A stretch of 64,000 bases of DNA from an uncultured delta proteobacterium (GTDB lineage Bacteria; Desulfobacterota; Desulfobulbia; Desulfobulbales; Desulfocapsaceae): the NCBI GenBank assembly GCA_963829695.1, contig CAWHJQ010000023.1:353814-417813 (forward strand). Reading direction: 5' to 3'. A program made the translations under genes and the position numbers. Each line of letters starts with the position of its first letter. Within the stretch, counting starts at the first letter, position 1. Shown one piece after another: positions 29,585 to 39,529 of this stretch. A model generated the notes under the pieces. It searched no databases, had not been told where the DNA came from, and worked only from the letters and a program-made list of their open reading frames with translations.

Positions 29585-30592
29585 TTGAGCACAGTGTCAG
29601 AAGAAATATTTAAGAAAAAGCTTGTTGTCCGTGGTCTGGAAATTTCACCTCCCATTGTTCTCGCGCCAATGGTTGGGATTTCCCATTCGGCATTTCGCAG
29701 CCTGGTGCAGGGTGAGGGTGGGGTCGGCCTATTGTTTACTGAAATGTTGGCCGCAAAACGACTGCCTCACGACAGTCCACTATGCTCGCCTCTGTTGGTC
29801 AGGGACGAGTCGGAGAAACCGCTGTTCTATCAAATAATTGCCGCAAATGAGGCGGATATCGACCCTGCGGTGGAAAAACTACACAGGCTTGGGGCTCAAG
29901 GTATTGACCTCAACCTGGGATGTCCGGCACCAGTGCAAAGACGGCAAGGGGCGGGGGCGATGCTCGCTGGAAATCACGAGCAACTGAGCAAAGTGCTCGG
30001 TCGCTTGAGAAAAAGCACTGAATTGCCGGTAAGTGTGAAAATTCGCCTGGGTCTTCATCACGCCGTTGATGAATTGCGATCGTTTTGTCTGTTTCTGGAG
30101 GAACTAGGGGTGGATATGATTACTATTCATGCGAGACTGAATGGAGAAAAATTTTGTCGTAAACCTCGGTGGGCTGTCATTGGTGAGATAAAAGATTCCG
30201 TTTCTGTACCGATTCTTGCCAATGGAGGGATTTTTTCTCCAGCCGATGCAAGAAGGTGTCTCGAGCTCTCCTGCGCTGATGGTGTGATGATAGGTAGGGG
30301 AGCTGTTGAGCGACCGTGGTTATGTGATGATATAGCGAGAGAAGTCTACGGTATTGGTGGTGGTATTGAAACCAAGAAAAGAGAAAGAGCAGAGATGTAC
30401 TCAAAGTTTTTAAATCTGCTGGAGACGAGATTTGCACCGGAAAGGAGATTAGGCCGTCTGAAACAATTTACCCGGTATTTTGCTGCTTCTTTTCAATTTG
30501 GTCATCACTTTGCCGCCTCCATTCAGAATAGCGGCAATATGGAACAGGCACGTCGGAGAGCAGGCCGTTTCTTCGCTCAGGTCGAGTATTAA
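29585..30592 (+). CDS. tRNA-dihydrouridine synthase family protein
   Basis: LAPMVG, IDLNLGCP, SVKIRLG, IHAR, ANGGI, DGVMIGRG. Confidence 0.92.
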   Translation: MSTVSEEIFKKKLVVRGLEISPPIVLAPMVGISHSAFRSLVQGEGGVGLLFTEMLAAKRLPHDSPLCSPLLVRDESEKPLFYQIIAANEADIDPAVEKLHRLGAQGIDLNLGCPAPVQRRQGAGAMLAGNHEQLSKVLGRLRKSTELPVSVKIRLGLHHAVDELRSFCLFLEELGVDMITIHARLNGEKFCRKPRWAVIGEIKDSVSVPILANGGIFSPADARRCLELSCADGVMIGRGAVERPWLCDDIAREVYGIGGGIETKKRERAEMYSKFLNLLETRFAPERRLGRLKQFTRYFAASFQFGHHFAASIQNSGNMEQARRRAGRFFAQVEY

Positions 30593-30720
30593 GAAAAACC
30601 ACATGGTAATCGACAAACGGAACTTTTTCAGTGCCCCTTCGGGGGGCATAAGTAACTTCACGAAAGTATTATTATCCAACAACATCAATGGATTACTTTC
30701 TAAAGAACGAAGGAGAAAAC

Positions 30721-31035
30721 ATGTTAGATCTTATTAAAAAAGCTGTTTTGACAGGAGTCGGGATTGCTTCTCTGACTAAAGATAAAATTGAAGATCTCGC
30801 AAAGGAGCTGATAGATAAAGGGAAAATGTCAGAGCAGGAGGGAGAAAAATTAGTTCAAGAAATGCTTAACCGCGCTGAAGAATCACGTGAAACTGTGAAA
30901 AGTCAGACCGAGAGCGTTGTACAAAATACCATCGCCAAAATGAAGCTGGCTCGCGTTGAGGATATCGAACTTTTGAAAGGCGAGATTGAGCGGTTAAGGG
31001 AAGAGGTTTCTTCGCTTCGAAAAGGCACAGAGTAG
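30721..31035 (+). CDS. Phasin-like coiled-coil protein
   Basis: MLDLIKKAVLTGVG..LIDKGKMSEQEG pattern; AGGAG RBS before 30721. Confidence 0.75.
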   Translation: MLDLIKKAVLTGVGIASLTKDKIEDLAKELIDKGKMSEQEGEKLVQEMLNRAEESRETVKSQTESVVQNTIAKMKLARVEDIELLKGEIERLREEVSSLRKGTE

Positions 31036-31060
31036 ACTGAGATACCTTTCGGGTTGAGAA

Positions 31061-32653
31061 TTATTTTTCAAAGAATTTCGTTCGTATCATATCGGTAAGG
31101 ATGTTCATCTCGTCAAGTTTGAGGAGATGGAGGATTGAGCCATACAATATGGACGCTGACAGGATGAGCACCAATAGTGAACCGCTTTGATGAATGAAGG
31201 AACCGCGCAGCCAAGCATTAAAATATGGCAATGCAGATAAGAGTAAACCGGTGAGGGCCAAGGTCGCAAGTGTGATTTTGACGAGACTTTTACCGAGGTA
31301 AACAAGAGAAAAACCATGCATGTTTTTGTACAATACAGTCGTTAGAAAAAGAAAATTTATCAACATGGTACAGGAGGTAGAGAAAGCAATTGCCAGGTGT
31401 TGAAAGCGGTCAATGGTTAAGTTGATAATTATGATGTTGGCGACAATCGCTAGAAAGCTGGCAATGACCGGATACCGGGGTTTATCGAGGGCGTAAAAAG
31501 CAGGTACCAGGACCTTGTTTGCGCTATAAGCGAATAGGCCAATTGAATACAAACCAAGGGTTTGGGCAGTTGCGAGAGTGTCCTTCGCGGTAAAAGCACC
31601 GTGTTCAAAAAGCAGCCGGATAATTGGCTCCGCAAGGACAATGAGTCCCGCTGTCGCGGGGAGAGTCAAGGCAAATACCATGGTGAGAGACGACACCATG
31701 GTTTTCTTCATTTCAATAATGTTTTTCTTTGCAGCCTGTTTGGCGAGTATGGGCAGCATAGCGATTGACAAGGCAACACCGAAAACGCCAATGGGCAGTT
31801 GTACAAGTCTGAAGGCATAATTGAGCCATGAAACGGATCCCTCTGCACAGGAAGAGGCAAAATTGGTGTTGATAAAGATGTTTATTTGGGTGGCGGATAG
31901 GCCGACAGTTGCCGGTATCATCAACTTGAGAATCCTGATCAGTCCAGGATCTGAAAGATCTAAGATTGGTTTGTATCTGAAACCGGTTTTCAGCAACGAG
32001 GGGATCTGAATACCAAGTTGCAGTAGTCCTCCTATAAGTGTGCCGATTGCCATTCCAGAAATTGCCGGGTATCCAAAATGTGGCAGGAGAAAAGCCAAAC
32101 TTGTTCCCCCGATCAGGGATCCGAGATTGAAAAAACTCGACGCAATTGCCGGAACAAAAAAGCGTCCTTTGGTATTTAAAACCCCCATCACCACTGCAGA
32201 GAGCGAGATAAAAATGAGAAAAGGCATCATTATCTGAGTGAGCTTTGCAGTGAGAACGCTCTTGCCGGCGATCAGACTGAAATCCGGTGCTAAAAGGGAA
32301 ACGAGTGATCCGGCAAAAAAAATTCCTAGTAAAGTGATAAGACTTAGAAGAATTAGAATAAAGGTTAGGACGTTGGACGCGAGCCGCCAGGTATCCTCCT
32401 GGCTGCGGTTAGTGTCATACGCGGAGAAAACAGTGACGAATGCTGACGAAAGTGCACCTTCCCCAAAAAGATCTCTCAAGAGGTTAGGTATTCGAAAAGC
32501 CACGACAAAGGAATCGTACGCGTATCCAGCGCCAAAAAGTCCGGCAAATACCTGTTCTCTGACTAGACCGAGGACGCGACTGCACATCACGGCAATGCCG
32601 ACAATGGCAGCCGATTTGGCTATTGTTTTTTTATTGGCTGTTTGATCGGTCAA
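31061..32653 (-). CDS. murJ: Lipid II flippase
   Basis: SRVLGLVRE, AFRIPNLLRDLFGEGALSSAF, YAFRLVQLP; many TM helices. Confidence 0.95.
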   Translation of the reverse strand: MTDQTANKKTIAKSAAIVGIAVMCSRVLGLVREQVFAGLFGAGYAYDSFVVAFRIPNLLRDLFGEGALSSAFVTVFSAYDTNRSQEDTWRLASNVLTFILILLSLITLLGIFFAGSLVSLLAPDFSLIAGKSVLTAKLTQIMMPFLIFISLSAVVMGVLNTKGRFFVPAIASSFFNLGSLIGGTSLAFLLPHFGYPAISGMAIGTLIGGLLQLGIQIPSLLKTGFRYKPILDLSDPGLIRILKLMIPATVGLSATQINIFINTNFASSCAEGSVSWLNYAFRLVQLPIGVFGVALSIAMLPILAKQAAKKNIIEMKKTMVSSLTMVFALTLPATAGLIVLAEPIIRLLFEHGAFTAKDTLATAQTLGLYSIGLFAYSANKVLVPAFYALDKPRYPVIASFLAIVANIIIINLTIDRFQHLAIAFSTSCTMLINFLFLTTVLYKNMHGFSLVYLGKSLVKITLATLALTGLLLSALPYFNAWLRGSFIHQSGSLLVLILSASILYGSILHLLKLDEMNILTDMIRTKFFEK

Positions 32654-32923
32654 CTGAAATTTATCCGAAAAAAATATGAAATGGTAATTCGCGTTGACAG
32701 AATACTCCGATTATAAAATATATGCCACAAAATCATCATTTTGATTCTAATCAACCGGCGCAAAAGGAATTTTTTTTTTTAATCACTTTGCTGCCGCTGT
32801 TCTCTCTTGACTTTGTATTTTGAAATTGAATATATGAGTAGTGTCTTCAATGTCGAATGGAGGCCAAGAATTGTCGTAATTTGGATATGGCATTGATAAA
32901 TCGTCGTTTTAGAGGAGATACAA

Positions 32924-34987
32924 ATGCAGGAAACAAATATGGTCAGGAATATTGCAATAATTGGTCATGGTAATTGTGGTAAAACATCTCTTGCTGAGGC
33001 AATGCTTTTCACGGCCGGGAAAATCAACAGACTTGGTAAGGTTGATGACGGCAATTCAGCAATGGATTATGAAGAAGAAGAAATTGCCAGAAAAATATCC
33101 ATCAACACAAGTTTTCATAATTACAGTTGGAAAAAACACAGTGTGTTTCTCCTGGACACACCAGGCGATGACAATTTTCTTAATGAGACTGTTTTTGCAT
33201 CGTATGTATGTGATAGTGCCCTATTCACCGTCGGTGCTGTACTTGGAGTGAAAGGGCAGACCATCAAATTCTCAAATATTATAAAAGAACGAAAGCTACC
33301 GACGTTAATTGTCATCAATAAAATGGATCGTGAACGCGCCGATTTTCAGAAAACATTTGACGAAATTAAAGAATCACTGGCATTTAATCCGGTTGTCATT
33401 CAGTTGCCTATCGGTGCCGAGGAAAACTATAAGGGATTTGTTGATATAATTTCTGGAAAAGCTTTTCTTTTTGATGGCGAAAAAGGTGGGGTTAAGTCGA
33501 CTGAGATTCCAGCTGAGTTAGCTGACGAAGTTGCTTTGCTTCGAGAAGCGCTGATGGAAAATGTTGCCGAAACCGACGATGAGTTAATTGAAAAATTTTT
33601 AGAAGAAGGCGAGCTGGCCGAAGAAGAATTATTGGCAGGTTTAAAAGCCGCAATAGCAACTGGAGCGCTTGCCCCCGTTTGTGTCTGTTCAGCCATACTA
33701 AATAAGGGTACTGGACCTCTTCTTGACATCATCAATGATCTGATGCCTTGCCCTTCCGATCGTCAACCTATCACAGCTCAAAAAGTAGGTAGTGATGAAA
33801 TTATTAAGATTAAACCAACTGCCGAGGAACCCTTTACCGCACTGGTATTTAAAACGATGGCTGATCCTTACGCCGGTCGTCTTACTATTTTACGAGTATT
33901 CAGTGGCATCCTGAAAGGCGACACCTTCTACAACGCTACGAAGAAGGTTGCAGAACGATTTGGACAGCTTTATGTGCTCGAAGGAAAAGAGCAAAAACCT
34001 GTCGATAGTGCAGGGCCTGGAATGATAATTGCCCTGGCCAAACTCAAGGAAACCGCAACCGGAGACACCTTGTGCGACGCTTCTCATCCTGTTGTATTAC
34101 AAGCTCCTGAGCCTCTGAAGCCGGTAATTTCCTTTGCAGTGAGTGCTAAAAAGGGTGATGAAGAAAAGGTTTTTTCTTCCATTACCAGAATGCTTGATGA
34201 GGACTTAACTTTAAATCTCACCAGGCAGGCACAAACGAAACAGGTACTTTTGTCCGGTGTCGGGAGAGTTCATCTTGATGTGGTGGGTTCCAAGATCAAG
34301 AAAAAGTTCGGAGTACAAATGGAGCTGAGTACCCCGAAGATTCCATATATGGAAACTATTCGATCGACAGCCAGAGTGCAGGGGAAACATAAAAAACAAA
34401 GTGGCGGTCGGGGACAATTCGGTGATTGCTGGATAGAAATTTCGCCACTGCCTGGAGGCGGCTACGAATTCATCGATAAAATCGTCGGGGGTGTTATTCC
34501 TCAGCAATACCGGCCGGCGGTCGATAAAGGTATCCAGGAGGCCATGGAAAAAGGTGTTTTAGCAGGCTATCCGGTAATTGACATACAAATTGCTTTGGTT
34601 GATGGATCTTTCCATAATGTGGATTCTTCGGAAATGGCTTTTAAAATTGCCGGATCCCTCGCTTTCAAAAAAGGGGCTCAGGAAGCAGGGCTTGTTTTGC
34701 TTGAGCCTTATATGAATATGGTGATCAAGGTTGGCAAGGAAAGCGTCGGTGATGTCATGGGGGACCTCAATTCTCGTCGTGGCAAAGTTATGGGAATGGA
34801 CTCTGTAGATGGACTTGAGGTTATTCATGCCCAGGTTCCTCAGTCTGAGATTCTATCTTATGCAACTGACCTTACCTCTATGACGGGCGGTCTTGGAAGT
34901 TTTACTCTTTCTTTTTCACATTATGAGGAAGTACCTGCTCAAATTGCTGAAAAGATCGTTGCAGAGGCAAACGAAGAAAACAATTAA
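32924..34987 (+). CDS. fusA: Elongation factor G paralogue (EF-G2-like)
   Basis: RNIAIIGH..GKT, NKMDR, KQSGGRGQFG, DSSEMAF, LNSRRG; switch II reads DTPGD instead of DTPGH. Confidence 0.88.
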   Translation: MQETNMVRNIAIIGHGNCGKTSLAEAMLFTAGKINRLGKVDDGNSAMDYEEEEIARKISINTSFHNYSWKKHSVFLLDTPGDDNFLNETVFASYVCDSALFTVGAVLGVKGQTIKFSNIIKERKLPTLIVINKMDRERADFQKTFDEIKESLAFNPVVIQLPIGAEENYKGFVDIISGKAFLFDGEKGGVKSTEIPAELADEVALLREALMENVAETDDELIEKFLEEGELAEEELLAGLKAAIATGALAPVCVCSAILNKGTGPLLDIINDLMPCPSDRQPITAQKVGSDEIIKIKPTAEEPFTALVFKTMADPYAGRLTILRVFSGILKGDTFYNATKKVAERFGQLYVLEGKEQKPVDSAGPGMIIALAKLKETATGDTLCDASHPVVLQAPEPLKPVISFAVSAKKGDEEKVFSSITRMLDEDLTLNLTRQAQTKQVLLSGVGRVHLDVVGSKIKKKFGVQMELSTPKIPYMETIRSTARVQGKHKKQSGGRGQFGDCWIEISPLPGGGYEFIDKIVGGVIPQQYRPAVDKGIQEAMEKGVLAGYPVIDIQIALVDGSFHNVDSSEMAFKIAGSLAFKKGAQEAGLVLLEPYMNMVIKVGKESVGDVMGDLNSRRGKVMGMDSVDGLEVIHAQVPQSEILSYATDLTSMTGGLGSFTLSFSHYEEVPAQIAEKIVAEANEENN

Positions 34988-35007
34988 CGGTGGATGTGGG
35001 CGTTACT

Positions 35008-35508
35008 ATGCAAAAAAATTATACTTTTGCCGTTCTAACCATGAGTGATAAAGGTTCGCGAGGTGAGCGGGAAGATACTAGTGGACGATTTCTTCAAGAG
35101 AAGTTGGCAGAAGAAGGGTATATTTTTCGGTCTTATAAAGTTATCCCCGATAACAAACAGACTATCATCGATAGTCTTATAGCACTCATTGATGAACAAA
35201 AGATTTCCCTCATTGTTACCACTGGCGGAACTGGTGTTTCTCCATCGGATATTACCCCTGAGGCAATGGCTTGTGTCATCGAAAGGGAAATACCGGGAAT
35301 GGCAGAGGCCATGCGAAGTGCAAGCTTACTGAAAACTTCGCGAGCCATGCTTTCCCGGGGCAAAGTTGGTATACGAAATCAGAGTCTGATTATTAACTTA
35401 CCTGGTAGTCTGAGGGCAGTGAAAGAAAATTTAGAGGTTGTCCTGCCGGTCATTCCACACGCTCTGGAAAAAATCGAGGGCGAAGAGAGTGACTGCGGAG
35501 TTGCATGA
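35008..35508 (+). CDS. mog: Molybdopterin adenylyltransferase, MogA/MoaB family
   Basis: SDKG..REDTSG, TTGGTG..DITPEA, NLPGS. Confidence 0.88.
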   Translation: MQKNYTFAVLTMSDKGSRGEREDTSGRFLQEKLAEEGYIFRSYKVIPDNKQTIIDSLIALIDEQKISLIVTTGGTGVSPSDITPEAMACVIEREIPGMAEAMRSASLLKTSRAMLSRGKVGIRNQSLIINLPGSLRAVKENLEVVLPVIPHALEKIEGEESDCGVA

Positions 35509-35511
35509 CTA

Positions 35512-35559
35512 CAATAAGACAAGGTGATGCAGAATGCTCCGCATCACCTTGTCTTATTG
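35512..35559. terminator. Long hairpin between convergent mog and purM (probable bidirectional terminator)
   Basis: CAATAAGACAAGGTGATGC / GCATCACCTTGTCTTATTG, perfect 19-bp stem. Confidence 0.65.
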
Positions 35560-35580
35560 GTTCCAATTTGAATGAAGATA

Positions 35581-36633
35581 CTAACGTATCTCAACAGTGG
35601 CTGTCTCCCCAGCCGCCATTGGCGCGATTTCACCGATGATGTAAGCCTCCTCGCCGACTGCTTCAAAGTGATGGCAGATATCTTTTGCTTTTGCTTCATC
35701 GACGATAACCAGTAGCCCAATTCCCATGTTGAACGTACGGTACATCTCGTCCTCCGGGATGTCGCCTAATTTCTGCAGGAATGGAAAGATCGGAGGCAGG
35801 GGCCAGGTTGTCGAATCAAGAACTGCTTTATATCCCTTCGGAAGTATACGTGGAATGTTATCGATAAAACCTCCCCCGGTGTTATGAACCATGCCGTTCA
35901 GGGGATAGTTTTTTAAAACATTGAGGACCGCCTGGACATAGATTTTTGTCGGTTTCAACAGCTCTTCGCCCAGTTCGCACCCCAGTTCATCTATGTGTTG
36001 CTTGATATCCAGGTTATGGTCGGCAAAACAAATTTTTCGCACCAGAGAAAAACCATTCGAATGGAGGCCACTGGAGGTAAGGCCGATGATTTTGTCGCCG
36101 GCACGGATGTCGGATCCATCAATGATCGCATCCCGGTCGACTATCCCAGTAACAAAACCTGCAAGATCGTAGTCCTTGTCTTTGTACAGACCCGGCATTT
36201 CGGCCGTTTCTCCACCGACGAGAGAACAGTTTGCTTGTCTGCAACCTTCAGCAATACCGGAAATGACCTCCTTGGCGATGGACATTTCCAGTTTCCCGAC
36301 GGCAAAATAATCAAGGAAACACAGGGGAGTAGCTCCACCTACCACCAAGTCGTTAACACACATGGCAACAAGATCAATTCCGATAGTGTCGTGTTTGTTG
36401 CAGAGATGCGCGATAACGAGCTTTGTTCCTACACCGTCAGTCGAATTGACGATAACAGGCTTTTTGTATTTGTTGGTATCGATTGCAATGTGGGAAGAAA
36501 ATCCGCCGATGCCACCCAGAACTCCTCGCTGATGAGTTGATGCGACAATGTCTTTGATTTCTTCAATAAATGCATTGCCCTTGTCGATATCTACACCGGC
36601 TTCACTGTATTTACTTTTTATTGGTTGGCTCAT
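35581..36633 (-). CDS. purM: Phosphoribosylformylglycinamidine cyclo-ligase
   Basis: AGVDI, TDGVGTK, GGETAEMPG, SSGLHSNG, TFNMGIG. Confidence 0.96.
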   Translation of the reverse strand: MSQPIKSKYSEAGVDIDKGNAFIEEIKDIVASTHQRGVLGGIGGFSSHIAIDTNKYKKPVIVNSTDGVGTKLVIAHLCNKHDTIGIDLVAMCVNDLVVGGATPLCFLDYFAVGKLEMSIAKEVISGIAEGCRQANCSLVGGETAEMPGLYKDKDYDLAGFVTGIVDRDAIIDGSDIRAGDKIIGLTSSGLHSNGFSLVRKICFADHNLDIKQHIDELGCELGEELLKPTKIYVQAVLNVLKNYPLNGMVHNTGGGFIDNIPRILPKGYKAVLDSTTWPLPPIFPFLQKLGDIPEDEMYRTFNMGIGLLVIVDEAKAKDICHHFEAVGEEAYIIGEIAPMAAGETATVEIR

Positions 36634-36833
36634 ATTAGCAGATTGTGGTTTTTGTTATATTTGGGATCAAGAAATAAATTGGTCTTCGCGCAAGAACGTA
36701 ACGAGCTATAATATTAAGGGAGATCTAAAATTGCAATGCAATTGCATCAAATCATCACAAATGTATGATGGGTATACAAGTTTTGTTAAGTCCATGTTGA
36801 TATATTTTGGTCGTTTTGTTAGATAACCCGGTT

Positions 36834-37034
36834 ATGAAATTACTTATGCTTCTTATCGGTCTTGTTTTGGTTTTGGAAGGATTGCCCTATGTTGCTGCAC
36901 CAGAGGCAATGCAAGTCTGGCTTAAAAAATTGAGTGTTATTAGTCCCAACCAATTACGATCAATGGGAATACTGGCCATGGTCATAGGGCTATTGATTAT
37001 TTTGGTGGTTCAAAAATCATCTCTCTTCCAATAA
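36834..37034 (+). CDS. DUF2065-like small membrane protein
   Basis: GLVLVLEGLPY..P..LR..G pattern, two TM helices. Confidence 0.8.
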   Translation: MKLLMLLIGLVLVLEGLPYVAAPEAMQVWLKKLSVISPNQLRSMGILAMVIGLLIILVVQKSSLFQ

Positions 37035-37183
37035 GTGGTCTTTTGTCGAACAGCGTGAAAAGAAAAAATATTTGTAAGTGTCTAAGCATATTCCTGTTTT
37101 AGTTCACCGTTGTTTCATCTGAAGCCGCAGAAATGGTATAACATTAGCTCAAAATCCAAGCTATTTTGAGGGCACTGCATCAC

Positions 37184-38275
37184 ATGAAAACTTCACCTCT
37201 AGCAGTTATCGTCGTTGTCTGTCTGGCGTTATGGCTTTTTGCCACACCCATCAGAAGATTTGTAACTAGTTATAATGCAGAGCCTCGAGCCGTCACTGCC
37301 CGAGGTGATTTGGCTGCTGATGAGTTGAATACGATTGACATCTTCCGTAGCAATTCACCATCGGTCGTCTATGTAACCAGTCTGGCTCTCAGGCGTGGAC
37401 TCTTTTCTCTGAATGCTGTTGAAATTCCTCAGGGAACCGGTTCTGGGTTCATTTGGGATGATCAGGGACGAATAGTTACCAACTATCATGTTATAAGTGA
37501 CGCGAGTCGGGTTCAGGTCACCATGGCCGATAATACAACCTGGAAGGCTGCACTGGTTGGTGCGTCTCCCGATAAAGATATTGCAGTCCTGCAGATAGAT
37601 GCACCCAATCATTTATTGAAACCGATTGTTATAGGAAGTTCAAAGGATTTGCTTGTTGGCCAGAAAGTGTTTGCGATCGGCAATCCATTCGGTCTTGATC
37701 AAACCATAACATCAGGCATAATTTCCGCTCTTAACAGGGAGATCAAAGCTGTTACCGGCCGGGTCATACATGGGGCGATTCAGACTGATGCCGCCATTAA
37801 TCCGGGGAATTCGGGAGGACCCCTTCTAGACAGTGCAGGAAGGCTTATCGGCGTAAATACGGCAATATATAGCCCATCCGGTGCCTATGCCGGGATCGGT
37901 TTCGCCGTTCCAGTAGATATCATTAATGATTTTGTTCCGCAGCTTATCAAGAATGGCAAAATTATTCGACCAGGGATCGGCGTAACACTTGCTGATGAAA
38001 GGCTGGCCAAACGGCTCGGTATTGACGGTGTATTGATTTTGAATGTTGAACGAGGAGGCCCTGCTGAAGAAGCGGGCCTGCAACCTACGATGCAATATCG
38101 TGGGGAAATTGTTCTCGGTGATATCATCACTGCTGTTGCAGGAGTACAGGTCAGATCTCTCGACGAGTTGCTCACCGAGCTTGAACGTTTTCAGGTTGGT
38201 GCAGAAGTACCTTTTACCATCTTAAGAAACGGGGTGTCGCAAGAGGTTACTCTTCATCTGGCTGCAATGAACTAG
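37184..38275 (+). CDS. HtrA/DegP-family serine protease with one PDZ domain
   Basis: GSGF, TNYHV, DIAVL, GNPFG, INPGNSGGPL; C-terminal PDZ. Confidence 0.92.
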   Translation: MKTSPLAVIVVVCLALWLFATPIRRFVTSYNAEPRAVTARGDLAADELNTIDIFRSNSPSVVYVTSLALRRGLFSLNAVEIPQGTGSGFIWDDQGRIVTNYHVISDASRVQVTMADNTTWKAALVGASPDKDIAVLQIDAPNHLLKPIVIGSSKDLLVGQKVFAIGNPFGLDQTITSGIISALNREIKAVTGRVIHGAIQTDAAINPGNSGGPLLDSAGRLIGVNTAIYSPSGAYAGIGFAVPVDIINDFVPQLIKNGKIIRPGIGVTLADERLAKRLGIDGVLILNVERGGPAEEAGLQPTMQYRGEIVLGDIITAVAGVQVRSLDELLTELERFQVGAEVPFTILRNGVSQEVTLHLAAMN

Positions 38276-38313
38276 GAGCCTGTCCGAGAATGCTCTTTTG
38301 CCCCATATCTGCG
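38273..38313 (+). repeat. Solo end of MITE family C
   Basis: TAGGAGCCTGTCCGAGAATGC matches 11009-11029; its TAG is the protease stop codon. Confidence 0.7.
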
Positions 38314-39351
38314 TTATTTGAAAATTTGGCGTGACTTAATATTCCTGGATCTGGCGAGTTCCCGCATGTCTTTTGTTTTATCGGATTCGTCAATAATTTC
38401 TCGACCAACAATTTCTTCCAATACATCTTCCATCGAAATAACCCCTGTCATCGTGCCGTATTCATCAACTACGATAAAAAGATGCTGTCTCCGGTCGAAA
38501 AAATCAATGAGGATACGATTGAGTGGAGCCGTTTCAGGGACAAAATGTGCAGGGCGTTTGAATTTTGACAGGGTGAGTTTATCTTTTCGTTCAGCGGCGG
38601 CCTGAAGGATATCTTTACGCATAACTATACCGGTGACGTTGTCAGGTTCGCGATTATAAATGGGGATACGGCTATGGCTGCTCAATTCGTTCAGTGTTGC
38701 CATGGCATTACCGACGGTTATATGCTCATTTATTGAAAAGGTTACTGTTCGAGGGGTCATTACTTGCCGAACAATTTTGTCTTTTAGATCAAGTATATTG
38801 TTAATGACCTTTGCTTCATTTTCTTCAATATCACCTGATTGTCTGGAAAGTGCCGCAATAGTTTGTATTTCTTGTGAAGATATCGTCTCCTCAGTTCTTT
38901 GGGGGAGCAGTCTGGTCATAGATCTCGACAACCACACTATAGGTTTGAGCAGAAAAACCATAGCACGGAGGGGGTAAGTTATACTGGGAGCAAGTTTGTA
39001 GGCATACGCTACTCCGATGGTTTTGGGTAAAATTTCGGAAAAGATCAGAATCGACATAGTGAAGAGGGCGGAGAAAAGGATAAGGTTCTCATCGCCGAAG
39101 AGTTTAGCTGCGGCAGCACCAGCGACGGAAGCCCCGATGGTGTTGGCAATAGTGTTCAGGGTAAGCAGAGCAGTAATGGGTTTTTCTATATCTGCACGGA
39201 GATCATGAAGATGTTCAGCGGCAGAATGGCCACTTCTTCTGAGCATTTCCACCTGACTTGCGGTGACGGTATAGAGAACCGCCTCACAGACGGAGCAGAG
39301 AGCGGAGATAGTTAAGGCGAGGGAGACTGAAATCAGTAATGTATGCAGCAC
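38314..39351 (-). CDS. CNNM/DUF21 + CBS domain protein (CorC/TlyC family)
   Basis: SEILPKTIG, VMTPR, HSRIPIY, VVDEYG, EDVLEEIVGREIIDE. Confidence 0.9.
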   Translation of the reverse strand: MLHTLLISVSLALTISALCSVCEAVLYTVTASQVEMLRRSGHSAAEHLHDLRADIEKPITALLTLNTIANTIGASVAGAAAAKLFGDENLILFSALFTMSILIFSEILPKTIGVAYAYKLAPSITYPLRAMVFLLKPIVWLSRSMTRLLPQRTEETISSQEIQTIAALSRQSGDIEENEAKVINNILDLKDKIVRQVMTPRTVTFSINEHITVGNAMATLNELSSHSRIPIYNREPDNVTGIVMRKDILQAAAERKDKLTLSKFKRPAHFVPETAPLNRILIDFFDRRQHLFIVVDEYGTMTGVISMEDVLEEIVGREIIDESDKTKDMRELARSRNIKSRQIFK

Positions 39352-39372
39352 CGGTTTGTGACTCCAGAAGAT

Positions 39373-39414
39373 TTACCCGGATCGCTCCAATAAAATTTGG
39401 AGCGATCCGGGTAA
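39373..39414. repeat. Perfect 18-bp inverted repeat between divergent genes
   Basis: TTACCCGGATCGCTCCAA-TAAAAT-TTGGAGCGATCCGGGTAA. Confidence 0.7.
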
Positions 39415-39529
39415 TAATTGATTTGGAATTATATAGAGCTATTATATATCGATATTTGAATTATACTGTAAATTACCGGATGATAAAGAGCGAGAAAATA
39501 AAATATAATGAACAGGATACAGGAGTAAA

